From assembly GCA_036229005.1 (NCBI GenBank), contig JAZAMN010000020.1:96001-160000 (forward strand): a stretch of DNA of 64,000 nt, written 5' to 3'. This document shows positions 11,870 to 20,359 of this stretch, piece by piece. The position numbers were made by a program, and so were the translations under genes. Under the pieces are notes generated by a model. The model did not search any database. It was not told the DNA's origin and saw only the letters and a list, made by a program, of their open reading frames with translations. The stretch's first letter is position 1. Every line of letters begins with the position of its first letter. The DNA comes from Myxococcota bacterium (GTDB taxonomy: Bacteria; Myxococcota_A; UBA796; CAJQPC01).

Positions 11870-12987
11870 GTCATCTGCGGGTGCAGGAAGGACAGGGCGT
11901 CCTCCCACAGCGCGACAAAGTGGTCCTGGCGGAATCCGCTGCCGGAGATCAGCCAGTCGTAGTGCGGCGGCTCGCCCTGGGGGTCGGCGTAGTGCCCGAG
12001 CACGTCCAGGTGGTCCGCCGTCACCGCCCGCAGCACCTGTCCCCAGACCTGCGAGTGGGTGGGCACCATGCCGTCGTTGTCCTGGGCCCGCGGCAGGTCG
12101 GCCCACTGCTTGAGCATCACGCTGGCCACCGGCGGCTTGATGTCCTGGGCCTCCCCCCGCGCCGCCAGCGCGTAGAAGCCCCGGAAGATCGCCTGCGAGG
12201 CCGTGCGATAGGGCCGCGGAACCGCCAGGGCCAGGTCCCGCTTCATGGGCCGCCGGGCCCGCGCGACCACCGACCCGTAGGCCACCCCCGCCCGGTCGGG
12301 CGTCGTCGCGTTGAACAGCTCCATCGCGTCGGGGGTGAGCTGAGTGAGCAGCGACTGGTCCTCGCTCACCTCGCGCAGGAACTGCTCCAGGCCTTGGCGG
12401 CGGTCCGCGCTGAGCTGCCCAAGCAGGGTCCCGTAGAGCTCGTCCACCAGCTCCAGGCTGCCCGTCGCCCGCTCGCGCGCCCGCGCCACACACTCCCCGG
12501 CCTTGAGCAGCACCCGCAGGGGCAGGCGGCCCTGGCGCAGGGTCAGCAGGGTCATCAGCGAGAGCAGCTTCAAGATGGGCTTGCCCTGCACCGAGCTCAA
12601 GAAGGCCGCGGAGGGCGTCCCGTGGTGCGGCGTGGTCAGGGTCAGCACGCTCTGCACCCGGGCCGCGATGTCCTCGACTGCGGCGCCGCTGGGCAACACC
12701 AGGTTCGGCGAGACCAGGAGTCGGGCGTCCAGCCCGCCGGTGGAGTGCCCGATGAGGTGCACCCGGTCCCCCTCCCTCGACCGCTCGGAGATCGCCTTGT
12801 GCAGGGCCTGAGCGCGCAGCGGCAGGGTGGCCGTGGGCAGGGTCGCGACCACGTGGATCTGGGCGCTGAGCCCTCGAGCCTTGAGCTGCGTCCGGAGCAG
12901 CCGCTGGACGTGGCCGAAGTAGGTGAGCTCCCCCAGGTTGGTGAAGCCGAAGAAGCCGGGGATCAGGAAGAGGTGGTTGTCGGGCAC
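11866..12987 (-). CDS. alpha/beta-hydrolase lipase (family I-like)
   Basis: IPGFFGF oxyanion region, GHSTGG nucleophile, TPHHGT, NDGMV, DHLDVLG. Confidence 0.88.
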   Translation of the reverse strand: MPDNHLFLIPGFFGFTNLGELTYFGHVQRLLRTQLKARGLSAQIHVVATLPTATLPLRAQALHKAISERSREGDRVHLIGHSTGGLDARLLVSPNLVLPSGAAVEDIAARVQSVLTLTTPHHGTPSAAFLSSVQGKPILKLLSLMTLLTLRQGRLPLRVLLKAGECVARARERATGSLELVDELYGTLLGQLSADRRQGLEQFLREVSEDQSLLTQLTPDAMELFNATTPDRAGVAYGSVVARARRPMKRDLALAVPRPYRTASQAIFRGFYALAARGEAQDIKPPVASVMLKQWADLPRAQDNDGMVPTHSQVWGQVLRAVTADHLDVLGHYADPQGEPPHYDWLISGSGFRQDHFVALWEDALSFLHPQMT

Positions 12988-13111
12988 GCCGGGATCCTAT
13001 CCCCACCGCCCGGAGTGAGTGGCAGGTAAGGACGATTCAGCGGGCTGCAACGTCACAAGCGAGGACACCCGGATAGGGATCCCAAGTCAACACTTCCCGC
13101 CGGGAGCGCCC

Positions 13112-13945
13112 ATGTTCAGCCTGATGCCCATCCTCCTCTTCGCCGGCTGCCCCAAGATCCTGCAGGACCTGGATCTGGACCAGTACAAGCCCACCGTGCG
13201 CTTCAAGAAGCTCAAGGTCGACAGCGTGGACTTCCAGGGGGCCGACACCCAGTTCCTGTTCGCGGTGAAGAACCCCAACCCCATCCAGGTGACCCTGGCG
13301 TCGCTGACCTACAGCCTGGACCTGGCGGGGGCCAACTTCTTCACGGGCAAGAAGCCCAAGGGCCTGACCCTGGAGGCCTCCAAGGAGACCCAGCTCGCCA
13401 TCCCCGTGAGCGTGACCTTCTCCGAGCTCTTCAAGCTGGCCGGCGACATCAAGAACCAGGACACGGTGCCCTTTGCTCTGAGCGGCGACATCGGCTTCAA
13501 CACGCCCATCGGCGTCATCGAGCTGCCCTACAAGGAGGCCGGTGACTTCCCCGTGCTCCAGAAGCCCACCATCAGCTTCCAGGGCGTGCGCGTGACCGAG
13601 CTGGCGGTGCTCCAGAACAAGGCCAGCCTGGGCGTGGACCTGAACATCAACCACGAGCAGGCCAGCACCCTGGGCTTCTCCGACTTCACCTACGACCTGT
13701 ACATGAAGGGCCAGAAGGTGGGCGACGGCACCATCGCGCAGTTCGCCACGGTCGAGCCCAAGGAGACGGGGCTGGTCACCATCCCGGTCAACATCAACCT
13801 GCTGGAGGCCGGCACCGCCATCGTCTCGGCCCTCAAGGACCGGGACAAGGTCAAGTTCCGCATTGACGCGGACATGAACGTGGACACGCCTTTCGGGGTG
13901 CTTCCCTTGGACATCGACAAGGCCAAGACCCTCAAGCTCCAGTAG
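13112..13945 (+). CDS. lipoprotein with two LEA type 2 (WHy) domains
   Basis: FAGC lipobox; VKNPNPI motif; duplicated beta-sandwich ending NTPIG/DTPFG. Confidence 0.8.
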   Translation: MFSLMPILLFAGCPKILQDLDLDQYKPTVRFKKLKVDSVDFQGADTQFLFAVKNPNPIQVTLASLTYSLDLAGANFFTGKKPKGLTLEASKETQLAIPVSVTFSELFKLAGDIKNQDTVPFALSGDIGFNTPIGVIELPYKEAGDFPVLQKPTISFQGVRVTELAVLQNKASLGVDLNINHEQASTLGFSDFTYDLYMKGQKVGDGTIAQFATVEPKETGLVTIPVNINLLEAGTAIVSALKDRDKVKFRIDADMNVDTPFGVLPLDIDKAKTLKLQ

Positions 13946-13974
13946 CCCCCCCCCACACTTGCCCCGGAGAGCCC

Positions 13975-15006
13975 TTGAGCGAGCTCCAGACCCAGCTCCG
14001 TGACCGCCTGGCCCTGGCCGTGGTGGGCCCCGCCTCCAGCGGGAAGGATGCCGCCATCCGCGCCCTCTTCGGCGTGGACTTTGGCGAGATCTCCCCCATC
14101 CCCGGCAGCACCGAGACCCTGCGCCTGGCCGACGTGGACGGTGACGGCCGCTTCGTGCTGATCAACACGCCCGGCTTCCAGGACGTGCGCGCGGAGATCG
14201 ACTCGGTCGCCCGCAAGGTCCTGGACGAGCTGGACCTGGCCCTGTTCGTGGTCAACGCCGAGGGCGGCGCCACCCGGGCCATCCTCAAGGACCTGGAGCA
14301 GGTGCGGGCGCGCCGGGGCGGCCTGCCCACCCTGGTCTGCCTGAACAAGATCGACCTCATTCGGCCCCTGCAGCGCCCGGACTTCATCCAGCGCACGGTG
14401 GCCCAGCTCGGCCTGGATCCCGAGCAGGTCGTGGCCACCTCCTTCGACCCCCACCCCGCCCTGGGCATCGGCCCCATCGGCCTGGAGGAGGTCGTGCAGT
14501 GGGTGGACGAGACCCTGGCCGACAGCGGCAACGCGCTGCTCTTCTCGCGCCACCTGCGGGACAAGCGCCTGGCCTGCCAGCCCCTGATCAAGCGGGCCGC
14601 CAAGCGCGCTGCCGTCGCGGGCGCCGTCCCCGTCCCCGGCGCGGACATCACCGCCGTGACCTTCATCCAGGTCAAGCTGGTCGAAGAGCTCGCCGCGGTC
14701 CACGGCAAGAAGCTGGACAAGGACGTCGTGCTCTGGATGGTCGGCGAGCTGCTCGCCGGGGGCTCCAAGGGCTTCATCCGCAAGGGCGTCGCGGCCCTCA
14801 AGACCGCCGGCTGGATCCCCGGCGCCCAGGTCGCCCAGGTCGCCACCGCTGCCCTGGCCGGGGCCGTCGCCGCCGGCGCCACCTACGGCGTGGGCGAGGC
14901 GGCCATCCGCTACATCCAGTCCGACCAGAAGCTGCCCATCGCGGAGCTCCGGCAGGTGTTCGACAACGTGGCCTCCTCCAAGACCCCGCAGTTGGGCGCC
15001 GATTGA
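13975..15006 (+). CDS. Era/MMR_HSR1-like GTPase fused to a DUF697/YcjF-like C-terminal domain
   Basis: GPASSGKD, NTPG, NKID; C-terminal AGAVPVPGADI...Q.KLV..LA..HG and TYGVG. Confidence 0.8.
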   Translation: MSELQTQLRDRLALAVVGPASSGKDAAIRALFGVDFGEISPIPGSTETLRLADVDGDGRFVLINTPGFQDVRAEIDSVARKVLDELDLALFVVNAEGGATRAILKDLEQVRARRGGLPTLVCLNKIDLIRPLQRPDFIQRTVAQLGLDPEQVVATSFDPHPALGIGPIGLEEVVQWVDETLADSGNALLFSRHLRDKRLACQPLIKRAAKRAAVAGAVPVPGADITAVTFIQVKLVEELAAVHGKKLDKDVVLWMVGELLAGGSKGFIRKGVAALKTAGWIPGAQVAQVATAALAGAVAAGATYGVGEAAIRYIQSDQKLPIAELRQVFDNVASSKTPQLGAD

Positions 15007-16013
15007 GCCTCCGCCGCATGCTGGACCGGGCTCGGCCGGCGGAGCTCGAGCCTCTGGAGCGCCACTTTGGCCTGCCCTCCCAGGGCCTCCGCGGAGTCCG
15101 CGCCGCCGCCGTGGAGTCCGCCCTGAGGCGCATCGGTGGGGTCGCGCGTCCCTCCTGGGAGAGCCTCCTCAAGCGGCAGTTGGAGAAGCGGGGGCGGGGC
15201 ACTGCGGGCTCGGTGGCCCACCTCGAAGGCCGCCTGATCGGCGCGCTGGCAGAAGAAGGCACCCTCCCCCCCCACGAGGTCACCGGCCTGGCATTGACCG
15301 CCCCCTACAAGACTGGCGGGCTGGTCCCGGCTCAGTGGGTGTACCGCTTCAAGCGCAACCTCCTGGGCCGCCTCTTCTGGTTCCTGATGCCCCTGGTCTA
15401 CCTGCGCAACCGCGACGAGCGCGCGCAGGAGAAGCTGCTGCCCGGCGCCCTGGTGCTGGTCGCGCAGCTCCGCCGCCTGGTCCAGGACCGGCTCACCCTG
15501 GCCATCGTGGGCCCCCCCTCATCGGGCAAGGACAGCGCCCTGCGGGCCCTGTTCGGCATCGACACCGGCAACATCGACCCCGTGGCCGGCGCCACCCGCA
15601 GCGCCGAGTCCCACAAGCTCTCCGACCGGCTCTTTGTGCTCAACACCCCCGGCCACGGTGACGTCGACCAGGGCCTGAGCGATGAGACCCAGTCCCACCT
15701 GGACCACGCCGACCTCTACCTGGTCGTCCTCAACGCCGAGGGCGGCCTCCAGGCCCCCGACCGCAAGCTCCTGGACACCGTGGTCGCCCGCAAGCGCCCC
15801 ACCCTGGTCGCCCTCAACAAGGTCGACCTGCTCCGCGAGGGCGAGCTGGAGCCCATGCTGGCCCACGTCCGCGAGCGCGCCGGCGACCTGCCCGTCGTCC
15901 CCGCCAGCTTCGACCCCTACCTGGCGCCGGAGCCGCTGGGGGTGGATGCGGTGTGGGAGTGGATCGAGGCGCAGGGGGGCGCGGACCTGACAGTTGGCGA
16001 TCCCGAATCCTGA
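15003..16013 (+). CDS. second Era-like GTPase with an N-terminal helical extension
   Basis: TTGA overlap (alternative ATG at 15018); GPPSSGKD, NTPG, NKVD, SFDP. Confidence 0.78.
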   Translation: MSLRRMLDRARPAELEPLERHFGLPSQGLRGVRAAAVESALRRIGGVARPSWESLLKRQLEKRGRGTAGSVAHLEGRLIGALAEEGTLPPHEVTGLALTAPYKTGGLVPAQWVYRFKRNLLGRLFWFLMPLVYLRNRDERAQEKLLPGALVLVAQLRRLVQDRLTLAIVGPPSSGKDSALRALFGIDTGNIDPVAGATRSAESHKLSDRLFVLNTPGHGDVDQGLSDETQSHLDHADLYLVVLNAEGGLQAPDRKLLDTVVARKRPTLVALNKVDLLREGELEPMLAHVRERAGDLPVVPASFDPYLAPEPLGVDAVWEWIEAQGGADLTVGDPES

Positions 16014-16028
16014 TCCTAAGATCAAGGC

Positions 16029-16529
16029 ATGATCCCCAACAACAAGCGCGAACTACTCCGCCAGATCAGACTCCGCGAAGAGTTCGGAGAGCCAACAACA
16101 GATCTGATGGAGCGGCTGGAGGCAATGGATCAGCCAAGCCTCCAGACCAGACCAGTACCAGCAGGGGACTCCGCGCAGGCAGCGCTTTCGGCGAAGATGG
16201 CCGCGCTCCTCGAGCAGATCAGCTCGATGGAAGCAGGCGAGGCACGCCAGCGGGTCGTCCTGGCGACACCCAGGGTCGCTGTTCGCAAAAGCCAATACGT
16301 CCTGAGCACATCGCCCGCCTATTCGGAGCAAGATGCCGAGAGTGCGCTGGAGGGTCTCCGATCCATCCTGTCCAACATCCAAGGGCAGAGCGGCCCCGAG
16401 GCTGAGCTCTGGATGGCCACCTGTTCGATTCTGGCCGGCTTGGTCCACGCCGGTATGGCGCAACACGAGATGGAGGTCTCGGAGAGCGAGGCGTGGATAG
16501 TCGGCGAGTACAAGGTCGACGAACCCTGA
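16029..16529 (+). CDS. hypothetical protein with atypical codon usage
   Basis: 166-aa ORF with more A/T-ending codons than its neighbours; TGATG-coupled to the next gene. Confidence 0.65.
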   Translation: MIPNNKRELLRQIRLREEFGEPTTDLMERLEAMDQPSLQTRPVPAGDSAQAALSAKMAALLEQISSMEAGEARQRVVLATPRVAVRKSQYVLSTSPAYSEQDAESALEGLRSILSNIQGQSGPEAELWMATCSILAGLVHAGMAQHEMEVSESEAWIVGEYKVDEP

Positions 16530-17140
16530 TGCGGCTCGAAGACCGCTCGGGGAGGGTCCCTGCAGCTTTGCAGCGGCTGTGCGTGGAGCTGATTCAGGAG
16601 GGCTTCGCCATCAACGATGACGTCTCACGGCAGACGCTGCTCCAGGTTGTGTTCGAAGACTCGCCGCTAGAACAGTACGGGGCCTGGATTCCAAGCTACC
16701 AAGAACATAGGGCTGAGAACCAGTACACGGACGTTGGCTTGGTTGTCGGCGTGACCGCGACAATCACCATCAACACGCGCCTTATCGACCCGAACCTGTC
16801 GCCCCGGACGGTCCTCGAGACTCTCGCCCATGAGTACGGACACCACTACACCCTCGGCCACCTCTCGAGGGGAGTGGGTCTCCCACTGTCGCGTCAGATA
16901 GGTGGCAAGAGACTCCGCGTCCCTCCCCGGTTCTACAGGGTCCGTGCGCTGGACCCGTCGACGTACTCTGGAGGGACCGACGACTGGTACCGGTGTGACG
17001 CGGAGCTGCTCGCAGAGGACTACCGCGTGCTCAGCGCACCGGCGGACCTTGCCCGCGCCCATCGCATGGAAGACGACCTCCCAGCACCGGGACCAGAAGT
17101 GGAGGACTTCCTGCGCGGGCTTCCTTCCTGGGGCGCTTGA
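16529..17140 (+). CDS. zincin metallopeptidase (HEXXH; ImmA/IrrE-like)
   Basis: ITIN...TLAHEYGHH and downstream ELLAEDY. Confidence 0.7.
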   Translation: MRLEDRSGRVPAALQRLCVELIQEGFAINDDVSRQTLLQVVFEDSPLEQYGAWIPSYQEHRAENQYTDVGLVVGVTATITINTRLIDPNLSPRTVLETLAHEYGHHYTLGHLSRGVGLPLSRQIGGKRLRVPPRFYRVRALDPSTYSGGTDDWYRCDAELLAEDYRVLSAPADLARAHRMEDDLPAPGPEVEDFLRGLPSWGA

Positions 17141-17180
17141 CCAGACTCCGGATACCGAACCGACACCCGAGCCCGCTCCC

Positions 17181-17523
17181 GGAGCTACGCCATCTGAACA
17201 CGCGCTCTGGCGGAGCTACGGCCCCTCAATGCACGGCTCTCGGGAGCTACGGCACCTCAGTGCGCGCTCTCGCGGAGCTACGCCCCCTGAATGCACCGAT
17301 TCCGGGAGCTACGGCATCTCAATGCGCGGATTCTGGGAGCTACGGCACCTCAGTGCGCGCACTCGTGCCCCAATCCGCGCACTCACACCCCGTTGCTCCG
17401 ACAAGACGCGCACTCGCACCCCGTAGCTCCGAGAAGACGCGCACTCACACCCCGTAGCTCCGAGAAGACGCGCACTCGCACCCCGTAGCTCCGAGAATAC
17501 GCGCACTCGCACCCCGTAGCTCC
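17181..17523. repeat. head-to-head 31-bp arrays, locus B (6 forward + 5 reverse)
   Basis: GCTACG at 17184/17215/17246/17277/17308/17339; CGT(A/T)GC at 17391/17422/17453/17484/17515. Confidence 0.93.
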
Positions 17524-17549
17524 CGGCCAGCGGCGCTTTTGAGGCCCAG

Positions 17550-18176
17550 TCACTCAGCGCGCATACGACGCCGCGAGCCCAGCAGCCCCGCCAGCCTCGC
17601 CGACGCCCGCCGAACCCGCGCCTCCAGCACGCGCGCCCGCTCGCGGAACACAGCCCGGGCCACAACCAGGGGGATGGCGATGCCGAGGCCCAACAAGGTG
17701 GTGTGGATGGCAATGCCCAGTTGGGCCGCCATCAGAGTCTGCTTGGTCTCCGAGCTGGCGCGGGCCAGGTTCTCGTAGCCCATGATCAGTCCCTGGACCG
17801 AGCCGAGCAGCCCGATGTAGACCGCTGCATTGGCCAGCGCACCCAGGAGGTGAGCCCGCCTGTGCAGCGGCATCAGGAGCATGGCCTCTCCTTCCTCCAG
17901 CGCCGGCTGAGCCCATCGCGGTGGCACGGAGAGGGCGCAGGCCCCCAGCCAGGACAGGTGCAGCCAGGGGCGGGTGGCGCACAGGGCGCGGGCGGCGTCG
18001 CGATCGCCCAGGTGCACCAGGGTCTCGACGGCATCCAGCAGGGGGTCGACTGGGCGCCAGCCCACCCAGAACAGGGCGTGGAGACGCTCCAGGCAGACCA
18101 GACCGCCGAGCAGGGCGATGGCCAGCATCGGCCAGAGGCTCCAGCCAAAGACCTGGAGCTCGCTCCAGTCGATCAC
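17550..18176 (-). CDS. MotA/TolQ/ExbB proton channel family protein
   Basis: IGLLGSVQGLI and GIAIHTTLLGLGIAIP TM motifs. Confidence 0.8.
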   Translation of the reverse strand: MIDWSELQVFGWSLWPMLAIALLGGLVCLERLHALFWVGWRPVDPLLDAVETLVHLGDRDAARALCATRPWLHLSWLGACALSVPPRWAQPALEEGEAMLLMPLHRRAHLLGALANAAVYIGLLGSVQGLIMGYENLARASSETKQTLMAAQLGIAIHTTLLGLGIAIPLVVARAVFRERARVLEARVRRASARLAGLLGSRRRMRAE

Positions 18177-18769
18177 AACATCCCCCGCAGCCGGCTCTCG
18201 GTGTGGAGAATGCGCGCACGCAGAGTGGCCTCCCGCTCGCGGAACAAGCCGCGGACGATCAGCAGCGGGAGCGCGATGCACAGTCCCAGCCAGGTGGAGT
18301 AGACGGCGTCCGCGACGCCCATGGCCGGGCTCGTCGCAGAACGCCACTCCGGGCTGTAGAACGCGATCGCCCCCAGCGACTGCGCCAGGCCGCACACCGA
18401 GCCGAGCAGCCCCAAGAGCAGGGCCAGGTTCGCCAGAACCCCCAGCAGCTCGGCGCGGCGCCCAAAGTCGCGGAGCAGCTTGGTGGTCGCCTCCGACAGT
18501 GCCTCGCCGGACCAGGCGTCGGGAGCAGACAGCGCGCAGGCCCCCAGCCAGGAGAGGTGGACCCAGGGCTTCGCAGCACAGAGCTCCATCGCCCCCTGGC
18601 GGTCCCCCACGGCGATGCACCCCTCGACCGCGTTCAGGAGCGGCTCAACCGATCGCCACCCCACCCAGTAGAGCGCGAGCAGCCGCTCGATCACCAGCGC
18701 GGCGCCCCCCAGCGCAATCAGCAGCAGGGCCACGCCGAGGGCAGAGGGGACCTCAAAGAGGACAGACAC
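18173..18769 (-). CDS. MotA/TolQ/ExbB family paralog
   Basis: LGLLGSVCGL, GVADAVYSTWLGLCIALP; GGGAGG RBS before GTG. Confidence 0.75.
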   Translation of the reverse strand: MSVLFEVPSALGVALLLIALGGAALVIERLLALYWVGWRSVEPLLNAVEGCIAVGDRQGAMELCAAKPWVHLSWLGACALSAPDAWSGEALSEATTKLLRDFGRRAELLGVLANLALLLGLLGSVCGLAQSLGAIAFYSPEWRSATSPAMGVADAVYSTWLGLCIALPLLIVRGLFREREATLRARILHTESRLRGML

Positions 18770-18896
18770 GGGCACCTCCCAGGGAGCCGGACCATGGGGA
18801 GCGCAAGGGGTTCCGGGCCCACGGGGGCCCACACAGGGAGTTCACAGTCGAGGTCAACCGCCTCCCTCGGAGCGCCGCCGGGATACACGCCCCGCG

Positions 18897-19499
18897 ATGC
18901 CCACCTCCCAGCAAGAATCCGCCGACGCGGTCGTCGCGCACCTGGTCTCCCTCCGCGGAGGCGCGCCCTTCCTCTCGTCCTCGGACAGCCGGCTGCTGCT
19001 GCTCTGGCTGAGCGAAGGGGTGCCCGTGCCCCTGCTGCTGCACGCCCTGGAGACCGAGGCCGAGCGGCGCCGCCAGAAGCGCCTGCGCACCCCCCTGTCC
19101 CTGGGCGCCGCCAAGAAGGCGGTGAAGCAGTGGAAGGGAGGAGAGCGCAAGACCCCCACGCCGCCAAAGGGAGGGATGGATCCGCTCGTGCGCGCGCTGC
19201 GCAAGCAGGACCCCACCACCTACGCCCAGATCTCCCGCGCACTGGAGGCACTCAGCGGCGCAGGCGAGGAGCTGGTGGAGCAGGCCCTGACCCTCACCCG
19301 TGGCTTCTTCGAGGACCAGTGGTCCCGCTGCGACCGCGGAGCGCTGATGGCCCAGGCCGACGAGGAGCTGGCCGGCCTGCGGGATCTGGTCCCCGAGCCG
19401 CGCTTCCAGCAGCTCCGCGAGGAGACCGCCCGGGACCTGCTGCGGCAACAGCACCCGCTGCTGTCGGCCACGGCCATCTGGGATACGGTGGGAGGGTGA
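18897..19499 (+). CDS. hypothetical protein with DnaD/DnaB-C-like N-terminal helices
   Basis: LSSSDSRLLLLWLSEGVPVPLLLHAL...AVKQW; coupled to the DnaC-like gene. Confidence 0.65.
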   Translation: MPTSQQESADAVVAHLVSLRGGAPFLSSSDSRLLLLWLSEGVPVPLLLHALETEAERRRQKRLRTPLSLGAAKKAVKQWKGGERKTPTPPKGGMDPLVRALRKQDPTTYAQISRALEALSGAGEELVEQALTLTRGFFEDQWSRCDRGALMAQADEELAGLRDLVPEPRFQQLREETARDLLRQQHPLLSATAIWDTVGG

Positions 19500-20335
19500 A
19501 CACCCTGGCCGATCCCAAGTGTCCCCACTGCGCCGGCGACGGCGTGGTCGTGCGCCCCTCTGACACCGGCGCCATCGCGTCCCTCTGCGACTGCCGCAGC
19601 ACCTGCCCCAAGTGCGATGGCCTGGGCCGCGTGCTGGTGGAGACCGAAGACGGCGCCCGCATGGCCCGCTGCTCCTGCCAGAAGCTGCCGGACCGCGTGG
19701 CCGTGTTCAACCGCGCCCTGCTGCCCTCCCGGCACGCCAGCAGCAGCTTCCGCACCTACGACCCCAACATGGGCTCCCGCCAGGCGCTGATGGCCTGCCA
19801 GGGCTGGGCGGCCTCCTACCAGAAGGGCAGCGACCGCAAGGGCCTGCTGCTCTGGGGAGACGTGGGCCGCGGCAAGACCCACCTGATGGTGGCCACCCTG
19901 CGCCACCTGGTGTTCGCCCACGGGCTGCGCGTGCGCTTTGTCGAGTTCACCCACCTGCTGGCCGAGCTGCGCGCAGGCATCGAGCAGCGCCGACGCGGCA
20001 ACGCGGCCCTGCTGACCTCGCTGCAGGACGTGGACGTGCTCGCCATCGACGAGCTGGGCAAGGGCCGCTGCACGGACTGGGAGATGAGCATCCTGGATGA
20101 CCTGATCTCCAGGGCCTACAACGGGATGCGTACGCTGGTCTGCGCGACCAACTTCAACCCCCACGGGCCGCCCAAGCAGGTGCAGTCCGACAACCTGGCG
20201 CTCCCGGAGGAGTACCGGGCCAACCTGGCGGATCGCGTGGGCCTCCGCATCCACAGCCGCCTGATGGAGATGACGGAGCCCCTGCCCGTGCGCGGCGAGG
20301 ACTACCGCATCGTGGGCACCCGCCGCCGGCGCTGA
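19496..20335 (+). CDS. DnaC/IstB-like AAA+ ATPase with N-terminal Zn fingers
   Basis: CPHC..CDC..CPKC..CSC; GDVGRGKT, IDELG, ATN, R..SRL.EM. Confidence 0.88.
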   Translation: MNTLADPKCPHCAGDGVVVRPSDTGAIASLCDCRSTCPKCDGLGRVLVETEDGARMARCSCQKLPDRVAVFNRALLPSRHASSSFRTYDPNMGSRQALMACQGWAASYQKGSDRKGLLLWGDVGRGKTHLMVATLRHLVFAHGLRVRFVEFTHLLAELRAGIEQRRRGNAALLTSLQDVDVLAIDELGKGRCTDWEMSILDDLISRAYNGMRTLVCATNFNPHGPPKQVQSDNLALPEEYRANLADRVGLRIHSRLMEMTEPLPVRGEDYRIVGTRRRR

Positions 20336-20359
20336 AGGCCGCCCCGCTCAGGCTCCCGC

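Noticed and set aside
10298..17523. 31-bp arrays as CRISPR arrays
   Set aside because: There are no unique 25-45 nt spacers, units abut directly, orientation flips mid-array, and no cas genes are present
19496..20335. IS21 element (IstB)
   Set aside because: No IstA DDE transposase or terminal inverted repeats; the Zn-finger N-terminus fits DnaC-like loaders
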